Origin: Phycisphaerae bacterium
Lineage (GTDB): Bacteria; Planctomycetota; Phycisphaerae; Sedimentisphaerales; Anaerobacaceae
Assembly (NCBI GenBank): GCA_018007255.1
Contig: JAGOQT010000001.1
Coordinates: 1 to 46,399 of the forward strand
Direction of reading: 5' to 3'
DNA: 46,399 nt
The position numbers were made by a program, and so were the translations under genes. Each line of letters begins with the position of its first letter. Position 1 is the first letter of the stretch. Below, one piece after another: positions 23,722 to 32,741 of the stretch. The notes beneath the pieces are model-generated. The model was given only the letters and a program-made list of their open reading frames with translations. It ran no database searches and was not told where the DNA came from.

Positions 23722-26258
23722 GGGCGGTCCCCCTCCGAAGACCCGCGACTCGGGGCGCGTTCCTTCCCAAAGGGCTTGAGCATGACCAGCAACTGCGGCA
23801 GCAGGGTCAGGGACGCCAACAGGGCCACGGAGATGGCCAGGACCGTCAGGAGGCCGAAGTAGATGCTGGGGATGAAGTTGGACAGGGTCAAGATGGAAAA
23901 GCCGATGCACAGGGTCAGTGTGGTGTTGTAGATGGCGTTGCCGATGCTGGCGTGGGACCGGTACAGGGCCCGAACATAGCTGTGGTGCGTCTTGAACTCG
24001 TGTCCGAATCGGTGGATGTAGTGGATCGTGTCATCGTCGGCCAGGCCCACGCCGATGGCGGCGATCGTGATCGTCATCATGTCCAGGGGGATGCCCAGCC
24101 ACCCCATCGTGCCCAACATAATGGCCACGGCCAGGGAGTTCGGGAAGATCGCGATCAGGGCCAGCCGGAACGAGCGGAACACCACGGTGAACGCGCCGAA
24201 CAGCATCAAGGCCGCGAGCCCCAAGGTCAGGACCTGGGAGCCGTACAGGCTCTGGAGCATGTTGTTGTACAACACGAGCAGCCCGCTCAGATGGACCTGG
24301 TCCGCGTTCAGACCGAGCGGTCCGGTCAGGTCCCGTTGGATCCTCTGGAGCAGCTCGTTTCGCCTCAGGGACGGCTCCGAGTCCAGGACCCGCACCGAGA
24401 GCCGGACCTGGTTGTGCTCGACCGACGCGTAGGGCCTGACCAGCATGTCCCGGATCGAGTCCGGCACCTGTTTGAACAGGAGGGCCAGCTCCAGGCTGTC
24501 CAGGGGTTTGCCCCCATTGGCCCGTTCCACCATCCGGACCAGGGTGGCCACAGACAAGACCTGGCCGGTCTCGGGCAGGCCCTCCAGGTAATCGTGCACA
24601 GCGGCGACCCGGGCGATCTTCTCGGGCGTGAACCAGTAGTCCTCGGCTGTGTTCGAGTCCTCGAACTCGGTGAAGTCCTCGAAGGTCGCGTCCGTCTGGA
24701 CCACGGCGTTGGGATCGACCTGGGCTGGGCCCTGCGCAGGGCCCAGGTCGATCACCACGTCCAGCGGCGTGGTCCCGCCGAGCTGCCGATCGATGACCTT
24801 CAGGCCCCTGTGGATCTCGGTGGTGTCCTTGAAGTAGTTGATGAAACAGTTCTCGACCTGAAGCCTCGAGATCCCGATCGCGCTGAGGACCGCGATGCCC
24901 GCAGTGAGCACGATGATGAGGGGCCCGTGACCTGCGGTGAACCTGCCCAATACCGAGGTGAAGGACCACCTGGACGCAGGCGGGGCCGCCCCCCTCTCCC
25001 TGGGCATCCGGATCAGGATCGCCGGAAGCAGCAACAGGGGGGTGAGCATGGAGACCGCCACGCCCACGACCATGATCCAGCCGAAGCTGATGACCGGCCG
25101 GATGTCGCAGAAGATCAGCGACGCAAACCCGCCCATGGTGGTCAGGCCCGAGTACACGCAGGGCCGCAGGATCGCACGGAGGGTGCCCAGCACCAGCTCA
25201 TGCTGATCGGCCAGGGGGTTCTCGGCGGCCATCTCGCGGTAGCGCATCACCAGGTGGATCGACATGGCCAGGGTGATGATGAGCTGGAGCGAGATGAAGT
25301 TCGCGGAGATCACGGTGACCTCCCAGCCCAGCCAGCCCAGGAGGCCGATCACCCACAGGGCCGAGACCGCACAGATCAGCGTGGGCAGGACCACCCAGGC
25401 CGTGCGCCTGAACAGGAGGACCAAGGCCAGGATCAGGAGCACGAAGACCCCGGCCCCGAACACCCGCAGGTCGCTCTGGACGAACGTGACCATGTCGTCG
25501 GCGATCATGCTCACCCCGCCCAGGAACAGGGTCCCCTCCTGGCGGACCTGGTCCATCAAGGTCCGGATCTGCACGAGGTCACGGTGGCGGGCCTGCCTGA
25601 CCTGGTCCCGATGCCTCTGGAACTGGGCGACCACGCCGCGGAGTTCCTCTCGTTCCACGCCGGTCAAGCCCACGGTCGCCTTCTTCTCATGCAACTCGTT
25701 CCGCCGCCTCAGGAGGTCCCCATGGACCGGGTCCGGGGGAAAGGTCACCAGGAGGGCCGTGGTCCGCAGATCCGGACTGACCAGGAGGTTCTCGTATAGG
25801 GGGCTCGTGCGCAGCTCCTGCCTGGCGAGGTCCCTGTCTACGTCCGGTGATTCGAGGGTCCGGACTGTGGAGCGCAGTTCCGTGATGGGAATGGGCGGGC
25901 TCTCCAGGAGCGGGACGTCCAGGAGGGTCGTCACGGACTGCACCCCCTTGACCTCCCGCAGGTCCTGGCGGAGCCGGCGGACCGCAGCCAAGGCCCCGTC
26001 TGAGAACAGGTCCTGGTGCGGCGTGAAGGTCAGGACCAGGAGGTCGCTGCCCCCGTACCGGGCGTCGACCAACCGGGCGTACTGCAGGTCCTCGTCGTTC
26101 TCCAGGACCAGGGTCTCGGCCGAGGCGTCCAGCCGGAAGTCCGCGGCGCGGAGGCCCAGGAACACCGTCACGCAGGCCAGGATCACGATCACGCCCAGGG
26201 GATGACGCAGGATGATCCGGTCAAACAGGGCCAGCGGCAGTGAGTGAAGTCGGGTCAT
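23718..26258 (-). CDS. MMPL/RND-superfamily transporter, HpnN-like (846 aa)
   Basis: It has two blocks of about six hydrophobic helices separated by large soluble loops. The N-terminus LFDRIILRHPLGVIVILACVTVFLGLRAADFRLDASAETL and repeated sterol-sensing-like segments are typical of MMPL/HpnN proteins. Confidence 0.7.
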   Translation of the reverse strand: MTRLHSLPLALFDRIILRHPLGVIVILACVTVFLGLRAADFRLDASAETLVLENDEDLQYARLVDARYGGSDLLVLTFTPHQDLFSDGALAAVRRLRQDLREVKGVQSVTTLLDVPLLESPPIPITELRSTVRTLESPDVDRDLARQELRTSPLYENLLVSPDLRTTALLVTFPPDPVHGDLLRRRNELHEKKATVGLTGVEREELRGVVAQFQRHRDQVRQARHRDLVQIRTLMDQVRQEGTLFLGGVSMIADDMVTFVQSDLRVFGAGVFVLLILALVLLFRRTAWVVLPTLICAVSALWVIGLLGWLGWEVTVISANFISLQLIITLAMSIHLVMRYREMAAENPLADQHELVLGTLRAILRPCVYSGLTTMGGFASLIFCDIRPVISFGWIMVVGVAVSMLTPLLLLPAILIRMPRERGAAPPASRWSFTSVLGRFTAGHGPLIIVLTAGIAVLSAIGISRLQVENCFINYFKDTTEIHRGLKVIDRQLGGTTPLDVVIDLGPAQGPAQVDPNAVVQTDATFEDFTEFEDSNTAEDYWFTPEKIARVAAVHDYLEGLPETGQVLSVATLVRMVERANGGKPLDSLELALLFKQVPDSIRDMLVRPYASVEHNQVRLSVRVLDSEPSLRRNELLQRIQRDLTGPLGLNADQVHLSGLLVLYNNMLQSLYGSQVLTLGLAALMLFGAFTVVFRSFRLALIAIFPNSLAVAIMLGTMGWLGIPLDMMTITIAAIGVGLADDDTIHYIHRFGHEFKTHHSYVRALYRSHASIGNAIYNTTLTLCIGFSILTLSNFIPSIYFGLLTVLAISVALLASLTLLPQLLVMLKPFGKERAPSRGSSEGDRP

Positions 26259-26291
26259 GGAGCGGTTCCTGGAGGCGGGCGACCGGGTCCG

Positions 26292-26921
26292 TCACGCCTT
26301 GGGGGCGTTGGGGTCCTGGGGCCTGGCCTCCAACCTCCGCAGGAGGTCCTCGGGCGAGCCCTTGGTGAGGATCTCCTCGAACTGGGACCGGAAGGTCCGG
26401 ACTATGCTGATCCCCTCGATCTCCACGTCGTAGATCTTCCACCGGTCCTGCAGGCGGGCCAACAGGTAGACCACCGTGACGGCCTTGTCCTCGGTCAGGA
26501 TCTCGGTCGGGACCTGGATCTTCTTGTCCTTGGACACCGCGGACTTGACGGTCACCTGCTGATCCGTGTACAGGGCCAGCTTCTCACGATAGGTGTCCTT
26601 GAGGTGGAGGACAAACAGGTCCGTGAACCGCGTTTGCTGCGCGGGCTTGAACCGGGCCCAGTTCTTCTGTCCCAGGCTCAGCCGGGCCATGAGCGGCAGG
26701 TCGAATACGGGGGTCACGATCTCGCTGATCTTGGCCTCGCGGGTTTCGGGCTTCAGATCCTTGTTGCGGAGCACCCCCAGGGCCGCATCAAGCGTGATCC
26801 GGACCAACCGCTCCGGATTGGGCTCGCGGGCCACGACCTGGGCCCAATTCGGCTCCGCGGCGCCGAATGCCGCCTGGGCCGTCATCCAGAGTCCTGCCGC
26901 CACACACCAGCGCCTCGTCAT
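26292..26921 (-). CDS. MlaC/Ttg2D-like periplasmic lipid-binding protein (209 aa)
   Basis: ATG 26921 is preceded by AAAGGAGA. The signal is MTRRWCVAAGLWMTAQAAFGA. FDLPLMARLSLGQKNWARFKPAQQTRFTDLFVLHLKDTYREKL is the typical MlaC core pattern. Confidence 0.7.
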   Translation of the reverse strand: MTRRWCVAAGLWMTAQAAFGAAEPNWAQVVAREPNPERLVRITLDAALGVLRNKDLKPETREAKISEIVTPVFDLPLMARLSLGQKNWARFKPAQQTRFTDLFVLHLKDTYREKLALYTDQQVTVKSAVSKDKKIQVPTEILTEDKAVTVVYLLARLQDRWKIYDVEIEGISIVRTFRSQFEEILTKGSPEDLLRRLEARPQDPNAPKA

Positions 26922-27018
26922 GGCGTCTCCTTTCTTGCCGTGCGGGGTATTATACTGGACAGCCCGCCGAACCCACAAGGCGGATCTGGACCACGCTGAG
27001 CCCTGGGTCTGCGGGCCG

Positions 27019-28680
27019 TCAGAGACCCATCTCGATCCGCCGCCTGAAGTGGACGTCGTCGGTCTGCGGGAAGTCCCTGCGGAAGTGGACTCCGCGGCTC
27101 TCCCTGCGGAGGTGCGCGGCCCGGGCCATGAGCAGGGCCACGGTGAGCATGTTCTGGCACTCCCAGCTCTCGCGGTCGTCGAAGACCTTGTCCATCACGT
27201 AGCGTTGCCAGAGCCCGATGATCTCCATGGCCTCCCTGAGGCGCTTGCCCTGTCGTGTGATCCCGACATTCCGCCACATCAGGGAGCGGAGCGCATTGCG
27301 GACATCCGCCGTGTCCAGACGGGTCCGTCCGGACTGGGCGGTCCGGTAGTGAATCAGCGGGTGTCGGCTCGACTGCGGATCCCCGGGCACGGACTGGGCG
27401 ATCACGCCTCCGGCCATCTTGCCGAAGACCAGGCCTTCCAGCAGGGAATTGCTGCCCAGGCGATTGGCCCCGTGCAGGCCCGTGCACGCCACCTCGCCGC
27501 AGGCATAGAGTCCCGGGACGCTGGTCCGCGCAGACTCGTCCGTCCGGACGCCCCCGACCATGTAATGGGCGCTGGGCCGCACCGGGATCAAGTCTCGGCT
27601 GACGTCGATGTCGAACCCCTCACAGAGCTCGGTGATCAAGGGGAACCGCCGGGCCACGTGGGCCTTGTCCAGGTGGCGGATGTCCAGGAACACGTGGGTC
27701 GACTCGGTCTTGCGCATCTGGGCCAGGATCGCGCGGCTGACCACGTCCCGCGGGGCCAGTTCCGCGGACGGATGGGCGTCGGGCATGAATCGTCGCCCCT
27801 TGGTGTCGATCAGCAGCGCCCCCTCGCCCCTGAGGGCCTCCGTAATGAGGGCCCGGGAGGCACCCGCCACATACAGGGTGGTGGGATGGAACTGGACGAA
27901 CTCCAGATCCTGCAGGCGGGCCCCCGCGCGGTACGCCATGGCCAGGCCGTCGCCCGTAGCAGACTTGGGATTGGTCGTCTCCCGATAGAGTTGCCCGCCG
28001 CCCCCCGTGGCCAGCACCGTGTGCGTGGCCCAGAGGATCTGCAGACCGCGTCTCCGGTCCAAACCGATCACACCCACGCAGCGACCGTCTGCGTCGGTCA
28101 GGAGGTCGATGGTGAAGAACTGCTCCAACACCCGGATGTTCGGCGTGTCCTTGGCCCGCCGGATCAGGGCCTGGGCGGTGAAGGTCCCTGTCCGATCGCC
28201 GTGGGCGTGCGCGATTCGCGGGTAAGTGTGGCCCCCCTCAAGGGTCACGTCCAGGCGGTCCTCCACGCGATCGAACTCCGCCCCCCACGCAACCAGCTCC
28301 GCGAGCAGGGAGGGCCCTTGGCGGACCACGAGATTCACCACCGACGGGTCGCAAAGCCCGCAGCCGGCGCGGAGGGTGTCCGCCACGTGGGACTCGAAGG
28401 AATCCGGCTCTCGCAGGACCGAGGCGATGCCGCCCTGGGCATTCCAGGTGTTGCTGTCCTCCAGGGTCCCCTTGCACACGAGGAGGACGGCCTTGTGCGA
28501 TGCGGCCTCAATCGCGGCCCGCAGGCCCCCCACACCGGCCCCGATCACGACGCAATCGGTGTAGATCTGCGCCGTGGTGTTGGAGTCGATGTTCACCAGG
28601 TACCGGCGGATGTGGCGGGCCGGACCCTCGGAACGGGCCCGGCTGTGTCCGACCTTGCTGCGTTCTTCTGAAGCTTCCAT
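27019..28680 (-). CDS. nadB: L-aspartate oxidase. The start is uncertain; an in-frame GTG ~30 codons downstream is the alternative.
   Basis: DCVVIGAGVGGLRAAIEA (FAD fold), NTWNAQGGIA, HPTT...ALITEALRGEGA, VPGLYACGEVACTGLHGANRLGSNSLLE. Confidence 0.85.
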   Translation of the reverse strand: MEASEERSKVGHSRARSEGPARHIRRYLVNIDSNTTAQIYTDCVVIGAGVGGLRAAIEAASHKAVLLVCKGTLEDSNTWNAQGGIASVLREPDSFESHVADTLRAGCGLCDPSVVNLVVRQGPSLLAELVAWGAEFDRVEDRLDVTLEGGHTYPRIAHAHGDRTGTFTAQALIRRAKDTPNIRVLEQFFTIDLLTDADGRCVGVIGLDRRRGLQILWATHTVLATGGGGQLYRETTNPKSATGDGLAMAYRAGARLQDLEFVQFHPTTLYVAGASRALITEALRGEGALLIDTKGRRFMPDAHPSAELAPRDVVSRAILAQMRKTESTHVFLDIRHLDKAHVARRFPLITELCEGFDIDVSRDLIPVRPSAHYMVGGVRTDESARTSVPGLYACGEVACTGLHGANRLGSNSLLEGLVFGKMAGGVIAQSVPGDPQSSRHPLIHYRTAQSGRTRLDTADVRNALRSLMWRNVGITRQGKRLREAMEIIGLWQRYVMDKVFDDRESWECQNMLTVALLMARAAHLRRESRGVHFRRDFPQTDDVHFRRRIEMGL

Positions 28681-28750
28681 AGGCCGCCCATCATACCCCG
28701 GCCGACCGGCCGTGGAAACTCCGCGGTTCCGGCCCCGGGGGGATTTGCCC

Positions 28751-28778
28751 TTGACGGGGGGCGCAGGGGCCCTATCAT
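28751..28778 (+). promoter_or_regulatory. Putative sigma70-type promoter for metK (TTGACG-16-TATCAT)
   Basis: ttgacg at 28751-28756 and tatcat at 28773-28778, about 88 nt upstream of the metK ATG in a divergent intergenic region. Confidence 0.4.
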
Positions 28779-28865
28779 GCAGGCCATCGGCAGGAGGCGG
28801 CCCTGGAAAGACGCTGTGTGTGCAAGGGCACGGACGCATCCACGAACCTGTGAGGACATCGTCAT

Positions 28866-30071
28866 ATGGTCACCCAAGTCGGTCGAGTCAACCCTCATTG
28901 TGACAACGAGTCCGTGCTGTTCACGAGCGAATCGGTGACCATGGGCCACCCGGACAAGGTGTGCGACTGCATCTCGGACGCCGTGGTGGACGCCATGCTG
29001 GCCCAGGACCCCCGAAGCCGCGTGGCCTGCGAGACCCTGGTGAAGGACAGTCTGGTCGTGGTGGCGGGCGAGATCACGAGCCGGGCCGTGGTGGACATCC
29101 CCACCGTGGTGCGGGACGCGATCCGGCGGATCGGCTACACCGACCCGTCGCTGGGATTCGACGCGGACCACTGTGCGGTGGCGGTCGCCCTGGGCAGGCA
29201 GAGCGCGGACATCTCCCAGGGTGTGACCGAGGGGCAGGGCCTGCACAAGGAACAGGGCGCAGGAGACCAGGGCATGATGTTCGGGTTTGCCTGCAGGGAG
29301 ACCCCCGAGCTGATGCCCATGCCGATCCAGTTGGCCCACAGCCTGACCCTCCGTCTGGAACGGATGCGCCAGACCCGCAGGCTCCCCTGGCTGCGACCCG
29401 ACGGGAAGACCCAGGTGACGGTCGAATACCACAACGGCAGGCCGAGGCGGATCGACGCGGTCGTGGTCTCCACCCAGCACGATGCAGCCATCCCCTACAC
29501 CAAGCTCCGCAAGGAGGTCATCGAGAAGGTCATCCTGCCGACCCTGCCCAAGGGCATGGTGGACAAGAAGACCGCGTTCCACGTCAATCCGACAGGCCGG
29601 TTCGTGATCGGCGGCCCCAAGGGAGACAGCGGCCTGACCGGGCGCAAGATCATCGTGGACACCTACGGCGGCCGGGGCCGGCACGGCGGCGGGGCCTTCA
29701 GCGGCAAGGACCCGACCAAGGTCGACCGCACGGCCGCCTACATGGCCCGGTACATCGCCAAGAACGTGGTGGCCGCAGGTCTGGCGGACGTGTGTGAGGT
29801 CCAGGTCTCCTACGCCATCGGCGTGGCAGAGCCGATCTCGGTCCTCGTCGACACCGAGGGGACCGCGAGGATCAGCGAGCGCAAGATCGGCCTGCTCGTC
29901 CGGGACCTGTTCCCGCTCACGCCCAAGGGCATGATCGCGCACCTGAGATTGGCCCGACCCATCTTCTCGCACACGGCCCACGGCGGCCACTTCGGACGCA
30001 GGGGCGACGACGTGTTCACGTGGGAGAAGACGGACATGGTGGCCAAGCTCCGCAGGGCAGCGGACCTGTAG
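28866..30071 (+). CDS. metK: S-adenosylmethionine synthetase
   Basis: [44 protein letters not shown](T)AAY. GAGGA lies 9 nt before ATG 28866. A GTG at 28914 would give a more typical short N-terminus. Confidence 0.9.
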   Translation: MVTQVGRVNPHCDNESVLFTSESVTMGHPDKVCDCISDAVVDAMLAQDPRSRVACETLVKDSLVVVAGEITSRAVVDIPTVVRDAIRRIGYTDPSLGFDADHCAVAVALGRQSADISQGVTEGQGLHKEQGAGDQGMMFGFACRETPELMPMPIQLAHSLTLRLERMRQTRRLPWLRPDGKTQVTVEYHNGRPRRIDAVVVSTQHDAAIPYTKLRKEVIEKVILPTLPKGMVDKKTAFHVNPTGRFVIGGPKGDSGLTGRKIIVDTYGGRGRHGGGAFSGKDPTKVDRTAAYMARYIAKNVVAAGLADVCEVQVSYAIGVAEPISVLVDTEGTARISERKIGLLVRDLFPLTPKGMIAHLRLARPIFSHTAHGGHFGRRGDDVFTWEKTDMVAKLRRAADL

Positions 30072-30084
30072 GTCCACGCGGGTC

Positions 30085-31074
30085 CTAAGCGAAGTGCAGC
30101 TCCACGGTGTCCCGGTCGTGGAGCACGTGGTGCAACTGGACGTGCTGGCCGTCGTAGACCGCGGTGCCCCACACCCGGGCGCTCTTGACCTTGTCTGCCA
30201 GTTCCCTGTGGATGTGACGGGCCAGGTCCAGGACCGTGGAGCCCGCGGGGAGGGTGAACGGGGAGTCCTTGTCCGCAGGCTTGCCGGGCGGCTTGGCGTA
30301 GATGCGGACCACCTCGAGGAAGTCAAAGACGCGATGGCCGAGGGCGTCCAGACCGGCCTTGGTCACGACCGAGGTCTCCAGGAACTCCAAGGGCCGCACG
30401 CACAACTCCTTGAGCGTGGCCAGCGTCCCTTCCGGGGCGAGGTCGGACTTGGTACAGAGCACGAAGCCCCGCTTGGCCGCGTGGAACGCCGGATCGTTGA
30501 GGTCGTCGCCCTTGCACCGCAGGAGGTGATGGGAGTCCAGGTACCGCAGACACACCTCCATCTGGTCCAGCACGTCGCCCGAGAGGTCCACCACGATCGC
30601 GATCAGGTCCGCCCCCCGCAGCGTGTTCACCAGCCCCGTGGGTGCGAAGTCGGCCGTGATCGGCGGGGTGTCCACGAGCTGGATCTGGATGTCCTCGAAC
30701 CGCATCGTGCCCGGCACGGGCTTGTCCGTGGCGAAGGGGTAGTCCGCCACGTTCACATGGGCGTTGGACAGGGCCCCCACGATCGCGCTCTTGCCCGTGT
30801 TCGGCATCCCCACCAGGGCCACCTGGCCCGCGCCCGATCTGGGCACGTGGAAGACGTCCGCGTGCTTGCCGCCGCCCTTCTTGCCCCCGGAGTCCAGGGA
30901 GGCCTTGAGCTTGCTCATGCGGCGCTTGATGTCCGCCTGCAGCCCCTCGGTCCCCTTGTGCTTGGGGATCGTGCGGAGCATCTCCTCCAGCGCGGCCAGA
31001 CGCTCCTCGTCCGTGGTGGCCCTGCGGAACCAATCGTCTGCTGCCTTGTAGTCGGGTGTCAGGTTGGCCGGCAT
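30085..31074 (-). CDS. DRG/Rbg1-type Obg-superfamily GTPase with a C-terminal TGS domain (329 aa)
   Basis: VALVGMPNTGKS (G1), YPFATDKPVPG (G2), LVDTPP (G3), CTKSD (G4), then LEVVRIYAKPPGKPADKDSPFTLPAGSTVLDLARHIHRELADKVKSARVWG. This parallels eukaryotic DRG [24 protein letters not shown]...[20 protein letters not shown]. Confidence 0.7.
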   Translation of the reverse strand: MPANLTPDYKAADDWFRRATTDEERLAALEEMLRTIPKHKGTEGLQADIKRRMSKLKASLDSGGKKGGGKHADVFHVPRSGAGQVALVGMPNTGKSAIVGALSNAHVNVADYPFATDKPVPGTMRFEDIQIQLVDTPPITADFAPTGLVNTLRGADLIAIVVDLSGDVLDQMEVCLRYLDSHHLLRCKGDDLNDPAFHAAKRGFVLCTKSDLAPEGTLATLKELCVRPLEFLETSVVTKAGLDALGHRVFDFLEVVRIYAKPPGKPADKDSPFTLPAGSTVLDLARHIHRELADKVKSARVWGTAVYDGQHVQLHHVLHDRDTVELHFA

Positions 31075-31178
31075 GGTTGTGGCTCCCGGTCATCCGCCCG
31101 CTGCGGTCAGGTCCGATCCTGGCCAGGGTATTGTACCCCGGATGGGGCCTCTGACAACGGCCCGTACCTTCGGGACGG

Positions 31179-31856
31179 CTAGAACCGGAAGTAGAGGCTC
31201 ACCCCTAGGACCGGGTACCACTTGAACTCGTCCGCGTCGTCCTGGAGATCCCGCTGCTCCCGGGCGAGGGAGTCCTGGAAGGCCGGGTCCGAGGCCAGGG
31301 GACCACTTGCGGCCAGGGCGATGGTCGGGGAGTCCGTATACACGACACCAAGGTCGACCATGAGGCCGATCCGACCCTTGCTGTCCAGGGCATTGCCCCA
31401 GCCGATCCCGACGTAGGGGGCGATCTCCTTGTCAGAGCTGACCTTGCCGCTCAGGGTGCCCACGTCCGCCACCGGGTAGTCGATCCCCCCGATCTCAATG
31501 GTCGCCTCGGAAGGGGTGCCGAGCAGGGCCGCCTTGTTCTTGTTGTAGAGGACCCCCCCTGTGATCCGGAACGAGCCGCCGAAGCAGTGCCAGTCCGCCA
31601 TCAGGGCATAGGACAAGAGGTCGATCTGCATCTCGTAGTCCACGTCGCTGAACGTGTGGTCATAGTCCGCGTCGAGCCAGTTACCGCCGCCCCGGAGGTT
31701 GAGGTCTTTCGCGATCCCCACGATGACCTCGCCGCCCAGGCCCAGTGTGCTGACCTTGGGCGCGACCGCAAGGCCCCCGGACCCGGCCGCAATGCCACAG
31801 GTCACGATGAGCCCCACTCCCATCCCCAGGAACCTCTGCGCATGTCGCCTCTTCAT
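31179..31856 (-). CDS. Small outer-membrane beta-barrel protein (225 aa)
   Basis: ATG 31856 follows AAAGGA. The signal is MKRRHAQRFLGMGVGLIVTCGIAAG. The sequence shows an alternating beta-strand pattern and a C-terminal ..VLGVSLYFRF (terminal Phe). Confidence 0.6.
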   Translation of the reverse strand: MKRRHAQRFLGMGVGLIVTCGIAAGSGGLAVAPKVSTLGLGGEVIVGIAKDLNLRGGGNWLDADYDHTFSDVDYEMQIDLLSYALMADWHCFGGSFRITGGVLYNKNKAALLGTPSEATIEIGGIDYPVADVGTLSGKVSSDKEIAPYVGIGWGNALDSKGRIGLMVDLGVVYTDSPTIALAASGPLASDPAFQDSLAREQRDLQDDADEFKWYPVLGVSLYFRF

Positions 31857-32117
31857 GGAATCCGTCCTTTCTGCCCTTTGGGCCTTCAGCCGCCGTATCC
31901 CAATCCCTCTGCCAGGGAACAGGATAGCACCCTCGCACGGACCGAGCAATACGCCTACCCCTGTCCGGGCAGACCGGGGGCCCTGTAGGAGCCGCACAAG
32001 GCGGATGAGGTCGCCGGAAGAGGATCGTCCGGTGCAGGGAGGGGTGTGGGGATGGGGAGGTTGGAATGAAGCGATGGGTGGGGAGGGCCCGCCTCTCACC
32101 GCCCGATGGTCCGACGA

Positions 32118-32741
32118 TCAGGACGGTCCGACCGTCGTGCGAGAGGCCTCGGCCCGGGTCTTCTCCGTCTTGGAGTACGGTCTCTCATAGATGGCGTCGC
32201 GTCTGAAGACCAGACCCATCGTGGCCAGGAGGACCTTGAGGTCCAGCCCCAGACAGGCGGCCTCCACGTACCGGGCGTCCAGCTCCAGCTTCTGCTCGCG
32301 GGTCAATCCCGCCCGGCCTGCGATCTGGGCCAGGCCGGTCAGGCCCGGCCTGACCTCCAGGCGTGTGCGCTGGCGAGGGTCCCACTCGGCCATCTGGGCC
32401 ACGTACAAGGGACGCGGCCCGACCAGGCTCATGTCGCCCTTCAGGACGTTCCAGAACTGGGGCAGTTCGTCCAGTGAGGTCTCCCTCAGGAATCGACCCA
32501 CGCAGGTCAGACGAGGATCGTCCTGATCCTGGGGGCTCGGCCCGAACGGATCCGCTGTGGTCTTCATGGTGCGGAACTTGTAGAGCGTGAAAGGGCGCCC
32601 ATGCCGGCCTGCCCGCTCCTGTCGAAACAGTGCGGGCCCCTTGTTGGCCATGCGGATGGCCACCGCCACACAGAGGAATACCGGCGCCAGGAACACCAGG
32701 GCCGCCAGGGACAGGAGGGTGTCCAGGGACCGTTTCAGCAC
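32118..32741 (-). CDS. Polyprenyl-phosphate sugar-phosphate transferase (bacterial sugar transferase, PglC/WbaP C-domain type; 207 aa)
   Basis: GTG 32741 lies 5 nt after GAGGGA and overlaps the upstream stop. (V)LKRSLDTLLSLAALVFLAPVFL...RFLRETSLDELPQFWNVLKGDMSLVGPRP is the hallmark core. Confidence 0.8.
   Translation of the reverse strand: MLKRSLDTLLSLAALVFLAPVFLCVAVAIRMANKGPALFRQERAGRHGRPFTLYKFRTMKTTADPFGPSPQDQDDPRLTCVGRFLRETSLDELPQFWNVLKGDMSLVGPRPLYVAQMAEWDPRQRTRLEVRPGLTGLAQIAGRAGLTREQKLELDARYVEAACLGLDLKVLLATMGLVFRRDAIYERPYSKTEKTRAEASRTTVGPS

Noticed and set aside
28779-28865. A possible SAM riboswitch in the ~88-nt metK leader.
   Set aside because: I could not recognise SAM-I, SAM-II or SAM-V core sequences or a convincing pseudoknot or four-way junction by eye. 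The leader is short. An Infernal scan would be needed before making any claim.
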